Assembly (NCBI GenBank): GCA_937885075.1
Contig: CAKZYZ010000333.1
Location: 1 to 63,261, forward strand
From: an uncultured bacterium
Lineage (GTDB): Bacteria; Auribacterota; Erginobacteria; Erginobacterales; Erginobacteraceae
Length of the DNA stretch: 63,261 bases
Direction of reading: 5' to 3'
Program-made: the position numbers and the translations under genes
Shown here: in pieces, positions 35,801 through 45,974 of the stretch
How the letters are laid out: the number at the start of each line of letters is the position of its first letter
Numbering within the stretch: the first letter of the stretch is position 1
Notes under the pieces: generated by a model
Database searches by the model: none
What the model saw: the letters and a program-made list of their open reading frames with translations, nothing else
What the model was told of the DNA's origin: nothing

Positions 35801-35825
35801 GGGGGAAATCGTCTGGTGAAAAGTT

Positions 35826-37922
35826 ATGAATCAAGAGAAAGAAAATATATTGCTGGAGATCGGGACGGAAGAGATCCCCGCGTCGTATATCCAGCCGGCT
35901 ATTAACCAGATGTTAATATGGGGGGAGAAGTGGGCCTCCCGATCACAGCTGACCGCCTGGGGTAATCCTCGTCGACTGGTACTTTTTATCCGGGGAGTTG
36001 AAAGGTATAAGACCGAGACGGTCTGGGGGCCTCCTCTGGAACGGGCAAAAGATAAAGATGGCAACTGGAATAAGAGTGCTGTCGGTTTTGCCCGGAGTAA
36101 GGAGATGACGGTTGATGATCTCCGTCTGGGTGAGAAGAATAAAAAGAAGTACATCAATCTGGATGTCAGGACTGATCTGACCCAGGAGATGAGCGACCAA
36201 CTTATTGTTCTTCTTCGCTCTTTTAGCTTCCCCAAATCGATGCGCTGGATATCAGGGGACCCATTCAAATTTGCTCGCCCGATCCGCTGGTTGGTCTTCC
36301 TCCGGGGAGAATCGGTTATTAAAGTTCAGATTGCCGGAATTACGGCGGATCGATATACCCGGGGTCATCGTTTTTTTGGGGTAGATCGAATCATACTGAA
36401 CTCGGCGGACCGGAAAGAGTATGAACAGGTTTTGCTGGATCAACATGTGATAGTCGATCAGAGCCGGAGGAGAAAGAAACTGCTGGGAGATATCCTTTCT
36501 GAGCAGAAAAAATATCGACCCGATATCTCGGAAGTAGATCTCGATAGTGCTCTATTGGATGAGGTCTGCAACCTGGTGGAATATCCCCGGATAATTGTTG
36601 GCGATTTTGACACGTCCTATCTCGAGATCCCCTCTCCGGTATTAATTACCGTGATGAAATCCCATCAACGTTATTTCCCGGTCTTTGATCCGTCCGGGCA
36701 ATTATTATCAAAATTCATTGTTGTTGCCAATGGCCCGTACCAGGATTCAGAGGAGATAAAAACCAATAATGAAAGAGTACTTCGGGCTCGGCTGGATGAC
36801 GCGAAATTTTTCTGGGAGGACGACATTCGCCGGACACTGGAAGATAGGGTATCCGATCTTAAAGGGATTATATTTCATAGACGTCTTGGAACTTATCGGG
36901 AGAAGGTTCAGAGATTGGAGAGACTGGCTCCGTTTATTGCTGAGCAGTTGGGATTGTCTGAGAGTCAAATAGATAAGACAAAGAGGGCGGCACTCCTCTG
37001 CAAAAGTGATCTGACCACATCCCTGGTAAAAGAATTCACCGAACTCCAGGGGGTGATGGGGAGAGAGTACGCCCTAAAAGCTGGTGAAGATCCGGAGGTC
37101 GCCGGGGCAATTTATGAACACTATCTTCCGGTTTCGGCTGGAGGTTCTCTTCCGGAGACAGTGGTGGGGCAGGTTTTGGCGTTGGCCGACAAGTTGGATT
37201 CCGTTGCCGGATTTCTCAGCGCCGGGATTAAACCTTCCGGCTCTCAAGACCCCTATGCGCTGAGGAGGCAGACCCAGGGAATTATCAGATTGGTAGCGGA
37301 GAAGAAGCTTCCGTTTCGTTTCGATTTATTGGTGGAAGAGGCGATTGCCGGACTTGGCCTGGATGATTCACTGATTCAGGATGTGACCCGGCAGGTTCTG
37401 GACTTCTTTCGCCTTCGGTTGGAGGCATATCTGGTGGCACGCGATGTTTCTCCACCGGTTGTTGATTCGGTCTTATCGGCTGGATGGCAGGATTTTCAGG
37501 ATGTTTCATCCCGGATAGAGGTTCTCCAGTCTCTGGAAGGTTCAGATATATTATTGGCGGCTGCTACAATCGTGGAGCGGACCCATAATATTGTACGTTC
37601 AGAGAATCTGACCGGGGAAGATGAAGTGAGGGATGATCTCCTGGTAGAAAAGGCGGAGCAGGGTCTATTCCAGGCGCTGAAATCGTCGGGAATAGTCGGA
37701 AAACTGATTGATGGGAAGGACTATCGAAAGGCGACCGAAGAGTATGCCCGGATCTTTTCCCGGCCACTGAGCGTATTTTTCGACGAGGTAATGGTCAATG
37801 TCGATGATAAAGATCAGCGAAAAAACCGGATGGTTCTTTTAAACCTGATCAATCGGGTATATAGTGAAAAAGTAGCTGATCTTTCATTGCTGCAGTTTGA
37901 GAGAGGGGAACATGTTGTATAG
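35826..37922 (+). CDS. glyS: Glycine--tRNA ligase beta subunit
   Basis: 698 aa. LLEIGTEEIPA N-terminus and ..DPYALRR.. motif. Confidence 0.95.
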   Translation: MNQEKENILLEIGTEEIPASYIQPAINQMLIWGEKWASRSQLTAWGNPRRLVLFIRGVERYKTETVWGPPLERAKDKDGNWNKSAVGFARSKEMTVDDLRLGEKNKKKYINLDVRTDLTQEMSDQLIVLLRSFSFPKSMRWISGDPFKFARPIRWLVFLRGESVIKVQIAGITADRYTRGHRFFGVDRIILNSADRKEYEQVLLDQHVIVDQSRRRKKLLGDILSEQKKYRPDISEVDLDSALLDEVCNLVEYPRIIVGDFDTSYLEIPSPVLITVMKSHQRYFPVFDPSGQLLSKFIVVANGPYQDSEEIKTNNERVLRARLDDAKFFWEDDIRRTLEDRVSDLKGIIFHRRLGTYREKVQRLERLAPFIAEQLGLSESQIDKTKRAALLCKSDLTTSLVKEFTELQGVMGREYALKAGEDPEVAGAIYEHYLPVSAGGSLPETVVGQVLALADKLDSVAGFLSAGIKPSGSQDPYALRRQTQGIIRLVAEKKLPFRFDLLVEEAIAGLGLDDSLIQDVTRQVLDFFRLRLEAYLVARDVSPPVVDSVLSAGWQDFQDVSSRIEVLQSLEGSDILLAAATIVERTHNIVRSENLTGEDEVRDDLLVEKAEQGLFQALKSSGIVGKLIDGKDYRKATEEYARIFSRPLSVFFDEVMVNVDDKDQRKNRMVLLNLINRVYSEKVADLSLLQFERGEHVV

Positions 37923-37982
37923 TTACCCAATCTTGATACCGATATTAAGATAAAATTGAAAAATATACGGGGATAGAGGGGA

Positions 37983-38119
37983 GGTAAGCAGTAAGCGGTG
38001 AGCGGTAAGCAGTAGGCTGCGCATTGGCAGTGACTGCTTACTGCTTACCGCTTACCGCTTACTGTTTACTGCTTACCGCTTACCGCTCACTGTTCACCGC
38101 TTACCGCTTACTGCTTACC
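37983..38119. repeat. Family B word-palindrome, strongly asymmetric
   Basis: Left arm 37983-38013 (31 nt). Centre AGGCTGCGCATTGGCAGTGA. Right arm 38034-38119 (86 nt). Confidence 0.9.
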
Positions 38120-38191
38120 ATTTTCCACTTATCGGGGAAATACGAATTATTAGAATTTTAGTAAACAATCACCATTCATAGGAGGAAAACC

Positions 38192-40924
38192 ATGACCAAG
38201 TATGTTTATTTTTTCGGCGGGGGGAAAGCGGAAGGGAAGACCGAGATGAAGGAGCTGCTGGGCGGGAAGGGAGCCAATCTGGCTGAGATGGCGAATATCG
38301 GGATCCCGGTTCCTCCCGGTTTTACCGTAAGTACCGATGCCTGTGCCTATTATTCTGAACATGGACATAAATATCCGAGCGGAATGAACTCCCAGGTTAA
38401 GAAGAACCTGGCCCGCCTGGAAAAACTAATCGGCAAGAAATTGGGAGCGGCTCACGATCCTCTGCTGGTTTCGGTCCGCTCCGGCGCGGCGGTCTCAATG
38501 CCGGGGATGATGGATACTGTCCTGAATCTCGGGATGAATGATAGGTCGGTCCTGGGATTTATCGAGAAGACCGGCAATGAGCGGGCGGGATGGGACTCTT
38601 ACCGGAGATTTGTCGATATGTTTGGTGATGTTGTGATGGGGCCGTCCACCGGGCTGACCCATCACGATTTCGAGATCGAACTCACCCGGATCAAGAAGAA
38701 GTATAAGGCGGCAGATGATACCGATCTTACTGCCGATCAGCTCAAGGAATTGGTCGAGAAATATAAAGAGGTCTACAAAAAACATGTTAAGAAGCCCTTC
38801 CCCCAGAATCCGATGGAACAGCTCAGACTGTCGATCAACGCGGTCTTCGGTTCCTGGGATTCCGATCGCGCGGTTAAATACCGGAAGATCAACCAGATCA
38901 CGGGCCTGAAGGGGACCGCGGTCAATGTTCAGGCGATGGTCTTCGGCAATATGGGTGAGTCTTCCGGGACCGGGGTCGGATTTACCCGTAACCCGGCCAA
39001 CGGGGACCGTCAGCCGATGGGTGAATATCTGATCAATGCCCAGGGGGAGGATGTGGTGGCCGGTATCCGCACCCCCGCGCCGATCTCCGAGATGCCGCGG
39101 GAGAAGAGTCCGGTCTGGAAGCGGGTTTACCGTGAACTTCGGGCGATCATGAAGAAACTGGAAGAGCATTACCGGGATATGCAGGATGTTGAGTTTACCA
39201 TCCAGGAGGGAAAGCTATTCATGCTTCAGACCCGGACCGGGAAACGGACCGGATTGGCCGCGGTCAAGATAGCCTGTGATATGGTGAGGGAGAAATTGAT
39301 CACTCCCCGTCAGGCTATCTCCCGGATCGAGGGGGATCATCTTGCCCAGTTGCTCTTCCCGATCTTCGACCCGAAAGAGGAAGCTGCGGCTGCCAGGAAG
39401 GGATTGAATAAGGCATATGGCCTTCCGGCCGGCCCCGGAGCGGCCTGCGGACGGGTGGTCTTTACCGCCGAAGAGGCCGAGCGCGTCTTGGAGAAGGACA
39501 AGTCCGCCCGTTTGATCCTGGTTCGCCGGGAGACCAGTCCGGAGGATGTCGGAGGAATGTGGGCCGCCCAGGGAGTTCTCACCAGTACCGGCGGGATGAC
39601 CAGTCACGCGGCGGTCGTTGCCCGCGGCTGGGGAAAATGCTGTGTGGCCGGCGCGGGAGTGGTTAATATCGATTATACAAAGAATCAGTTTACTATCGGC
39701 AAAACGGTGGTCAAGGCGGGGCAGTTCATAAGTCTGAACGGATCCACCGGCGCCATCTACTGCGATAATCGAAAGGGCGTTGATATCCCCACAACTTCGT
39801 CACCGGTGGTCGCGGCGGTGGTGGATGGAGCGGCCTGGGCCAGGAAACACCCGATCTACAAGTTATATCGGAAGGTCAGTGCCTGGGCGGATGAGTTCCG
39901 TAAGATGGGGGTCAGGACCAACGCCGATACTCCCGCCGATGCCGCGGCGGCCCGGGCATTCGGGGCCGAGGGAATCGGTCTCTGCCGGACCGAGCATATG
40001 TTCTTCGCGCCTGAACGGATCCTGGCGGTACGGGAGTTTATCCTGGCCGATGACGAGAAGAGCCGTAAGAAGGCGATCAAAAAACTTCTGCCCTATCAGC
40101 GCAAAGATTTTGAGGGGATCTTCAAGGCAATGCGTGGCCTTCCGGTTACCATACGTCTCCTCGATCCCCCGCTCCATGAATTCGTCCCTCATGAGGCAAA
40201 GGAGCAGAAGGAACTGGCCAGGGTTCTGGGGATCTCTCCCCGGAAAGTCGCGGATCGTGTCAAGGCTCTCCATGAGATGAACCCGATGCTGGGGCATCGC
40301 GGCTGTCGGCTCTCAATCTCTTACCCGGAACTCTGCGTGATGCAGACCCGGGCGATCATTGAGGCCGCCTGCCGGGTGGCTAAAAAGAAGATCAAGGTTC
40401 TCCCTGAGATTATGGTCCCCTTGATCGGGACCAGCGCCGAGTTTGACTACCTGGAGGAGATTATCCGGACAACCGCCGATGAGATAATCGAGCAAAAAGG
40501 CGTAAAGATTAAGTATCTGGTCGGAACGATGATCGAGATCCCGCGGGCCTGTCTGGTCGCGGATAAGGTTGCCCGTCTGGCTGAGTTCTTTAGCTTCGGG
40601 ACCAACGATCTGACCCAGATGACCTTCGGATACAGCCGGGATGACGCCGGAGTCTTCCTGCCGGATTATCTGGAGAAGAAGATTCTTCCCGGTGACCCTT
40701 TCGAGGCGCTGGACCAGGAAGGGGTGGGCGTGCTGGTCGAGATCGCTATCGAGCGGGGTCGGTCTGTCCGTCCCGATCTTAAAGTCGGGATATGCGGCGA
40801 GCATGGCGGTGAGCCTAGTTCGGTGAAGTTCTGTTACCGGGTGGGGATGAACTATGTCAGCTGCTCTCCCTTCCGGGTCCCGATAGCGAGATTGGCCGCG
40901 GCACAGGCAGCGATTGAGGAATAG
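38192..40924 (+). CDS. ppdK: Pyruvate, phosphate dikinase
   Basis: 910 aa. GGKGANLAEM, phospho-His region GGMTSHAAVVARG, C-terminal CGEHGG. Confidence 0.97.
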   Translation: MTKYVYFFGGGKAEGKTEMKELLGGKGANLAEMANIGIPVPPGFTVSTDACAYYSEHGHKYPSGMNSQVKKNLARLEKLIGKKLGAAHDPLLVSVRSGAAVSMPGMMDTVLNLGMNDRSVLGFIEKTGNERAGWDSYRRFVDMFGDVVMGPSTGLTHHDFEIELTRIKKKYKAADDTDLTADQLKELVEKYKEVYKKHVKKPFPQNPMEQLRLSINAVFGSWDSDRAVKYRKINQITGLKGTAVNVQAMVFGNMGESSGTGVGFTRNPANGDRQPMGEYLINAQGEDVVAGIRTPAPISEMPREKSPVWKRVYRELRAIMKKLEEHYRDMQDVEFTIQEGKLFMLQTRTGKRTGLAAVKIACDMVREKLITPRQAISRIEGDHLAQLLFPIFDPKEEAAAARKGLNKAYGLPAGPGAACGRVVFTAEEAERVLEKDKSARLILVRRETSPEDVGGMWAAQGVLTSTGGMTSHAAVVARGWGKCCVAGAGVVNIDYTKNQFTIGKTVVKAGQFISLNGSTGAIYCDNRKGVDIPTTSSPVVAAVVDGAAWARKHPIYKLYRKVSAWADEFRKMGVRTNADTPADAAAARAFGAEGIGLCRTEHMFFAPERILAVREFILADDEKSRKKAIKKLLPYQRKDFEGIFKAMRGLPVTIRLLDPPLHEFVPHEAKEQKELARVLGISPRKVADRVKALHEMNPMLGHRGCRLSISYPELCVMQTRAIIEAACRVAKKKIKVLPEIMVPLIGTSAEFDYLEEIIRTTADEIIEQKGVKIKYLVGTMIEIPRACLVADKVARLAEFFSFGTNDLTQMTFGYSRDDAGVFLPDYLEKKILPGDPFEALDQEGVGVLVEIAIERGRSVRPDLKVGICGEHGGEPSSVKFCYRVGMNYVSCSPFRVPIARLAAAQAAIEE

Positions 40925-41005
40925 CCTGGGATAATCTATTTTGGTTCTAAGTTATTCTGCGTGGGTATATGCTGGTAATATTATTTATGAAGAAACTATT
41001 GATTA

Positions 41006-41205
41006 AATGACGAAACCAGAATGAGGAATGACGAAAGAATGATGAAACCAGAATGTCGAAGAGTCTTCGCTAAGCATCTTTTGCCATTCGCGTCCATCCG
41101 CCGCCAGCAAGCGATAGAATACCAGGTAGGCCCATTTGGACATTGGGATTTGGAGATTCTTTCGTCATTCCTCATTCGGATTTCGTCATTCTTGCGTCAT
41201 CATTT
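41006..41205. repeat. Family J palindromic element (AATGACGAAA words) upstream of the sigma factor gene
   Basis: Left arm AATGACGAAACCAGAATGAGGAATGACGAAAGAATGATGAAACCAGAATGTCGAAG. About 93-nt centre. Right arm AGATTCTTTCGTCATTCCTCATTCGGATTTCGTCATTCTTGCGTCATCATTT. Confidence 0.85.
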
Positions 41206-41263
41206 ATTATCACCATCTGCCTCCGCAAAATGACAGCGAACCATAATAATTAATTATTATATT

Positions 41264-42136
41264 ATGCCTTCCCCTCCCTCCAACGGAAGTTCTAATTTGA
41301 CTCCGGACCGGAAAGTCCGGGCTATCAGGATCTACCTTCGGGAGATCGGGGCGATCCCTCTCTTAAGCAGAGAAGAAGAGATTAAGCTGGCTGAGAAGTT
41401 CGCCCGGGGTGATGAAGAGGCCCGCCGTCAGCTGATCCGTGCCAATCTTCGGCTGGTAGTCAAGATATCCAAGAAGTATGAGCATCTGGGACTCCCCTTA
41501 CTGGATCTGATTGAAGAGGGGAATCTTGGCCTGGTCAAGGGAGTGGAGAGGTATGATTTAAGTAGGGGGACCAAGGTGAGTACTTATGCCGCCTGGTGGA
41601 TAAAACAGTCGATAATGCGGGCCCTGGCCAACAAAGGCAAGATAATCCGCATCCCTGTCTATATGCAGGAGAGGGTCAACTCATTCAGGCGGAAAGTTGG
41701 TGAGTTGAGTCAGAAACTGGGGCGCCAACCATCCCACCAGCAGATCTCAAAAGAGTTGGATATGACCCTTGAAGAAATAGATTATCTGAATGAAGTTGCC
41801 CGTGTCCCCAGTTCATTGGATGCCGCCATTGACCATGATGGGTTCAGCAAGCTGGCTGATATGATTCAGGATACCAACTCTCCCGCCCCGGATGAGATAG
41901 TGGATACAGCCGACCTTCACCGGGATCTGCTTGGATTGATCCAGTTACTCCCTCCGCGGGAGATTAAAATTCTTCAGATGAGATTCGGGTTGGATGGGGA
42001 GGAATCCCGGACGCTCTCCTACATAGGCAATGAGTTCGGTATCAGCCGGGAACGGGTGCGGCAGATCATCAATAAGTCCAACCGCAGACTCAGGAATACT
42101 CTCCGGGAACGGGATGAGGGGGACGGAAGGAAGTAA
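41264..42136 (+). CDS. RNA polymerase sigma-70 family factor (regions 1.2-4)
   Basis: IYLREIG..LLSREEE, NLRLVVKISKKY, DLIEEGNLGLVKGVERYD, STYAAWWIKQSI, C-terminal HTH GISRERVRQI. Confidence 0.9.
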   Translation: MPSPPSNGSSNLTPDRKVRAIRIYLREIGAIPLLSREEEIKLAEKFARGDEEARRQLIRANLRLVVKISKKYEHLGLPLLDLIEEGNLGLVKGVERYDLSRGTKVSTYAAWWIKQSIMRALANKGKIIRIPVYMQERVNSFRRKVGELSQKLGRQPSHQQISKELDMTLEEIDYLNEVARVPSSLDAAIDHDGFSKLADMIQDTNSPAPDEIVDTADLHRDLLGLIQLLPPREIKILQMRFGLDGEESRTLSYIGNEFGISRERVRQIINKSNRRLRNTLRERDEGDGRK

Positions 42137-42217
42137 TCAGTAATCGGTTATCGGTAATCAGTACGCCTCACTTTGGTAACCAGGCCAACTGATTACCGAT
42201 TACCGTTTACTGATTAC
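42131..42217. repeat. Family D word-palindrome
   Basis: The left arm AAGTAATCAGTAATCGGTTATCGGTAATCAGT contains the sigma-factor stop. Centre ACGCCTCACTTTGGTAACCAGGCCAA. Right arm CTGATTACCGATTACCGTTTACTGATTAC. Confidence 0.9.
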
Positions 42218-42274
42218 TTTCTCCTTTAAATTGTCTTGTCAAATAAGTTATAAAGTTAAGCTAAGGAGGCCAGA

Positions 42275-42796
42275 GTGAGTATAGAAGAATTATCGCGATC
42301 AATCCGTGATGTTCCGGATTTTCCGGAAGAAGGTGTTGTCTTTAAGGATATCACTACCTTAATCAGTAATCCCCAGCTATTTAAGGAGGCGATTGACCTG
42401 ATGGCGGGAGAATTCATCAATAGCAATATTGATCTTGTGGTTGGTGTGGATGCTCGTGGTTTTATCTTCAGCTCGGTCCTGGCCTATATACTGGACGCCG
42501 GTTTGATTCTGGTCCGGAAGGAAGGAAAATTACCTTCTAAGACGAAAAAAGTCAGTTACGATCTGGAATATGGAAATGCCACGGTAGAGGTTCATGAGGA
42601 TGCTGTCAAGCCCGGTAGCCGGGTTCTGATAGTTGATGACCTGCTGGCGACCGGCGGGACCCTGGGGGCTACAGTTGATCTGGTCAAGCAGCAGGGTGGG
42701 GATATTGTCGCGGTCGCGGTCTTGATCGAGTTGGATTTCTTAAAAGGCCGGGAGAAACTGAAAGGTACGCAGATCTTTTCGCTGATTCATTATTAA
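42275..42796 (+). CDS. apt: Adenine phosphoribosyltransferase
   Basis: GTG start after an AAGGAGG SD. FKDITTL, VLIVDDLLATGGT. Confidence 0.94.
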   Translation: MSIEELSRSIRDVPDFPEEGVVFKDITTLISNPQLFKEAIDLMAGEFINSNIDLVVGVDARGFIFSSVLAYILDAGLILVRKEGKLPSKTKKVSYDLEYGNATVEVHEDAVKPGSRVLIVDDLLATGGTLGATVDLVKQQGGDIVAVAVLIELDFLKGREKLKGTQIFSLIHY

Positions 42797-42800
42797 CTAT

Positions 42801-43610
42801 ATGAATATTATAGAAGCCATTATATTGGGTATCGTCCAGGGATTGACCGAGTTTCTTCCGGTCTCCAGTTCGGGACATCTGGTTTTGACTGAAAAACTCC
42901 TGGGTCTGACCACGCATAATATCCGCTTTGTGGTGGTGGTCCATCTTGGCTCTCTTCTGGCGGTATTGGCGATCTATCGGGTACAGCTCGGAAAAATTAT
43001 CCTGGGATTATACAAGGGTAGGGTCCGCTATCGGAAGGGGAAATGGAAATTTAATGATCCCAATACCCGCCTCTCCTGGCTTTTGGTTCTGGCTACTATC
43101 CCGGCCGGTCTGGTTGGGTTTTTCTTTGGAGGAATGATCGAGAGAGTATTCTTCCAGCCGTTCTGGGTTGGGATTTTCCTGGCGGTAACCGGTCTGATTC
43201 TCTTCTGTATCCGTTTTGTTAAAACCGATGACGGTGGGTTGAACTGGCGGCGCGCGGGTATCATCGGTCTGGCTCAGGCGGTCGCGATTCTGCCCGGGAT
43301 GTCGCGCTCCGGATCCACGATCGCGGCCGGGATCTATTCCGGCGTGGAGAAGAGCCGGGCAGCCGAGTTCTCTTTTCTCCTTTCGGTTCCGGTTATTCTG
43401 GGAGCCGGGGTGATGGAGTTAGGGAAGATGATGGATACGGTGCCTTCCGCGATGGAGATTGTTACTCTTCTGGCGGGAGCCGCCGCTTCGGCGATCTCCG
43501 GTTATCTGGCGATCCGGTTCCTGCTCAATGTGATCAATAAAGGAAAACTGCATTACTTCGCCTACTACTGCTGGCTGGTTGCTCTGATTGTAATCATCAT
43601 TAGTGCTTAA
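42801..43610 (+). CDS. uppP: Undecaprenyl-diphosphate phosphatase
   Basis: QGLTEFLPVSSSGHL and PGMSRSGSTI motifs. Polytopic membrane protein. Confidence 0.94.
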   Translation: MNIIEAIILGIVQGLTEFLPVSSSGHLVLTEKLLGLTTHNIRFVVVVHLGSLLAVLAIYRVQLGKIILGLYKGRVRYRKGKWKFNDPNTRLSWLLVLATIPAGLVGFFFGGMIERVFFQPFWVGIFLAVTGLILFCIRFVKTDDGGLNWRRAGIIGLAQAVAILPGMSRSGSTIAAGIYSGVEKSRAAEFSFLLSVPVILGAGVMELGKMMDTVPSAMEIVTLLAGAAASAISGYLAIRFLLNVINKGKLHYFAYYCWLVALIVIIISA

Positions 43611-43657
43611 AGTTTGCTTCTCCTAATAGGAGTTAACCGGCTATTTCAGAATATTTG

Positions 43658-43856
43658 CAGGACGATTGCAGATAGGACGATTAAAAGCAAAAGAATTTAG
43701 ACAGGACGATTGCAGTCAGGACGATTAAAGGAAAAATGCTTCGAGGTGAGGCAAATAGTCTTGTCTGTAATGGTTCTGTCATAAAAAAGAGGGTGAGGTG
43801 GGGGGGGAATTGTTTTATCCCAAAATCGTCTTGTCAAAAAAGTTGCAAAGCTAAAT
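43658..43856 (+). repeat. Family H composite element, forward copy
   Basis: CAGGACGATT words at 43658-43728. Reverse words AATAGTCTTGTCTGTAATGGTTCTGTCAT. Then AAAAAAGAGGGTGAGGTGGGGGGG, then CCCAAAATCGTCTTGTCAAAAAAGTTGCAAAGCTAAATT. Confidence 0.85.
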
Positions 43857-43878
43857 TCATAAAATCTATTATCTAATA

Positions 43879-44754
43879 ATGAAGCAAGAACCATTACTGG
43901 AAGTTACTATTTCCGGAATATCCCGACGCAATCGGGGTAAGATCCGGGATGTCTTTAAAGTCGGCGACAATATCCTGGTGGTAACCACCGACCGGGTCTA
44001 TCTCTTTGATCAGGTCTATCCGGAGGGATTGGTGGGGAAGGGGAGGACACTGACCGCTCTTACCCTCCGTACCTTCGAGCTGACCGGCGATATACTCCCT
44101 AACTTTCTCATATCTTCCCGGGTGGAAGAATTCCCGTCGCCGTTTAATGATTACCCGGAGATGCTTGCCGGACGGAGCCTTCTCACCGAGGAGATCACCC
44201 CGATCCGACTGGAGTGTGTGGCGAGGGGATACCTCTACGGTCAAGCCGAGCAGGCTTATCGTGACGGGGACCGGTCCTGGATGCCTTCTCTTCCGGCTGG
44301 TCTAGAATTAGCCGGAGAGCTCCCCCATCCCATATTTACCCCCGCCCGAAAGGATCTGGGTAATAATGATGAAAATCTGAGCTGGGATGATCTGATTGAG
44401 CTGGTAGGGGAGAGGAGAGCGGAAGAGGTCCGGGATCTGACTCTGAAGATATATGAAAGAATGCGCCCAATTTTTGCCAGTGCCGGCTTCATCCTGGCCG
44501 ATACCAAGTTCGAGTTCGGCGAGAAGGACGGGCGGATCATGTTGATAAATGAGGCCTGTACCCCCGATTGCTCCCGGATCTGGAAAGAGTCCGAGTACCA
44601 CCCCGGTCAATTACAGGATACCTGGGACAAAGAGATTATGGAGGACTATCTGAAAGCCGCCGGCTGGTCCCCCGGCGATCCCCCGATTCCCCTCCCTGCC
44701 GAGGTGCTGGAGAAGACCCGAGAGCGGTTTGCGGAACTTGTCACCATGATTTAG
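43879..44754 (+). CDS. purC: Phosphoribosylaminoimidazole-succinocarboxamide synthase
   Basis: GKIRDVF..LVVTTDRV..LADTKFEFG SAICAR synthase pattern (long form). Confidence 0.9.
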   Translation: MKQEPLLEVTISGISRRNRGKIRDVFKVGDNILVVTTDRVYLFDQVYPEGLVGKGRTLTALTLRTFELTGDILPNFLISSRVEEFPSPFNDYPEMLAGRSLLTEEITPIRLECVARGYLYGQAEQAYRDGDRSWMPSLPAGLELAGELPHPIFTPARKDLGNNDENLSWDDLIELVGERRAEEVRDLTLKIYERMRPIFASAGFILADTKFEFGEKDGRIMLINEACTPDCSRIWKESEYHPGQLQDTWDKEIMEDYLKAAGWSPGDPPIPLPAEVLEKTRERFAELVTMI

Positions 44755-44775
44755 CCGCGAACCAGTCGTCACTCT

Positions 44776-44798
44776 TTAAAATTCCATCGGAATTTTAA
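44776..44798. terminator. Small AT hairpin between convergent purC and the GNAT gene
   Basis: TTAAAATTCC-ATC-GGAATTTTAA. It overlaps the stop of the minus-strand gene. Confidence 0.45.
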
Positions 44799-45916
44799 AT
44801 AGATTTTTGATAAATACGATATTTCTTGGAAAGCGTCCCCCCCATCATCTCGGTGGCCCGGATGACCAGGAGGTTATCCTCTAAAAGCCAGGAGATCTCA
44901 GAGTCTTTATAGCCCAGATCCCGGGCGGCCCGGGCCGACTCCAGATAGAGAAGACCATCCAGACCTTTCTTCCGGTACTCCTCCTCGATCCCGGCCATCA
45001 TCAGACGGATATCGGTAATCTTTCTCCTCCCTAAAAGAAATGTAATAATCTGGAGTGGCCCCATCTTCCCGTTCATCTTCTTTATCACCTGATTGTAGTC
45101 GGGGAGGACCAGATAAAACCCCACCGGTTTCCCCTTATACTCGGCGAAGAAGACCAGTTCGGGGACAACGATTGGTTTAAGTTCTTTTGCCATATGCTCG
45201 ATCTCCGCCTCGGTAATCGGGACAAACCCCCAATTCTTGCTCCAGGCGGAATTGTATATCTCCCGGACCAATTTTAGTTCCTGATGGAACTCCTTCATCC
45301 GGATATTCCGGACATTCAAGCCCCGTTTCTTGAGAACTACCGCGATCTTCTCCAACCGTGGATTCATCTTCTCGGGTACCGGTATCCGGAAGGCCAGGAG
45401 GTCTTTGGCCTTGGTCAGGCCGCACCCTTCCAGAAGGGGATGGTAGTAGGGGAGGGTATAGGGCATCATGAGCTTGGGGGAAGAGTCGTAGCCTTCCAGG
45501 AGCAGTCCGCAGGTGGCGTTGGTCGAGGGGTTGAGCGGCCCGATCATCTTTTTTATACCACGGTTCTTCAGCCATGCTTCGGCCGATAAGAAGAGAGCCC
45601 GGGCGGCTTCCCTATCATCGAGACACTCGAAGAATCCGAAGTAACCGGTCTGATCGTTGTGGTAGGAGATGAAGTCCCGGTCCACGATCGCCGCTATCCT
45701 CCCCACCGCCTGGTCACCCCGAAAAGCTATGAAGAGTTCCCGTCCGGCATGATCCCAGAAAGGATTACGGCCGGGAGAGAGCAGCTTCTTCTCTTCCGAG
45801 ATTAAAGGCGGGACCCAATAAGGATTCCCCCGGTAGATACTCCAGGGAAGAGTAATGAACTGCTTCAGTTCACTCTTAGAAGAGACTTTCTTTATCCTGA
45901 TTGTGGGAGCTTCCAT
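44795..45916 (-). CDS. GNAT-like N-acyltransferase of unknown specificity (candidate bacterial ceramide synthase)
   Basis: 373 aa. C-terminal acyl-CoA N-acyltransferase-like segment (VFFAEYKGKPVGFYLVLPD..MMAGIEEEYRKKGLDGLLYLES). The call rests on resemblance and on context next to an Spt-like gene. Confidence 0.65.
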   Translation of the reverse strand: MEAPTIRIKKVSSKSELKQFITLPWSIYRGNPYWVPPLISEEKKLLSPGRNPFWDHAGRELFIAFRGDQAVGRIAAIVDRDFISYHNDQTGYFGFFECLDDREAARALFLSAEAWLKNRGIKKMIGPLNPSTNATCGLLLEGYDSSPKLMMPYTLPYYHPLLEGCGLTKAKDLLAFRIPVPEKMNPRLEKIAVVLKKRGLNVRNIRMKEFHQELKLVREIYNSAWSKNWGFVPITEAEIEHMAKELKPIVVPELVFFAEYKGKPVGFYLVLPDYNQVIKKMNGKMGPLQIITFLLGRRKITDIRLMMAGIEEEYRKKGLDGLLYLESARAARDLGYKDSEISWLLEDNLLVIRATEMMGGTLSKKYRIYQKSI

Positions 45917-45974
45917 TTTTTAGCCGCCAAAATGCGCAAAATAATTCAAAAATTTACCTCAGCTCGGGCTTTTA

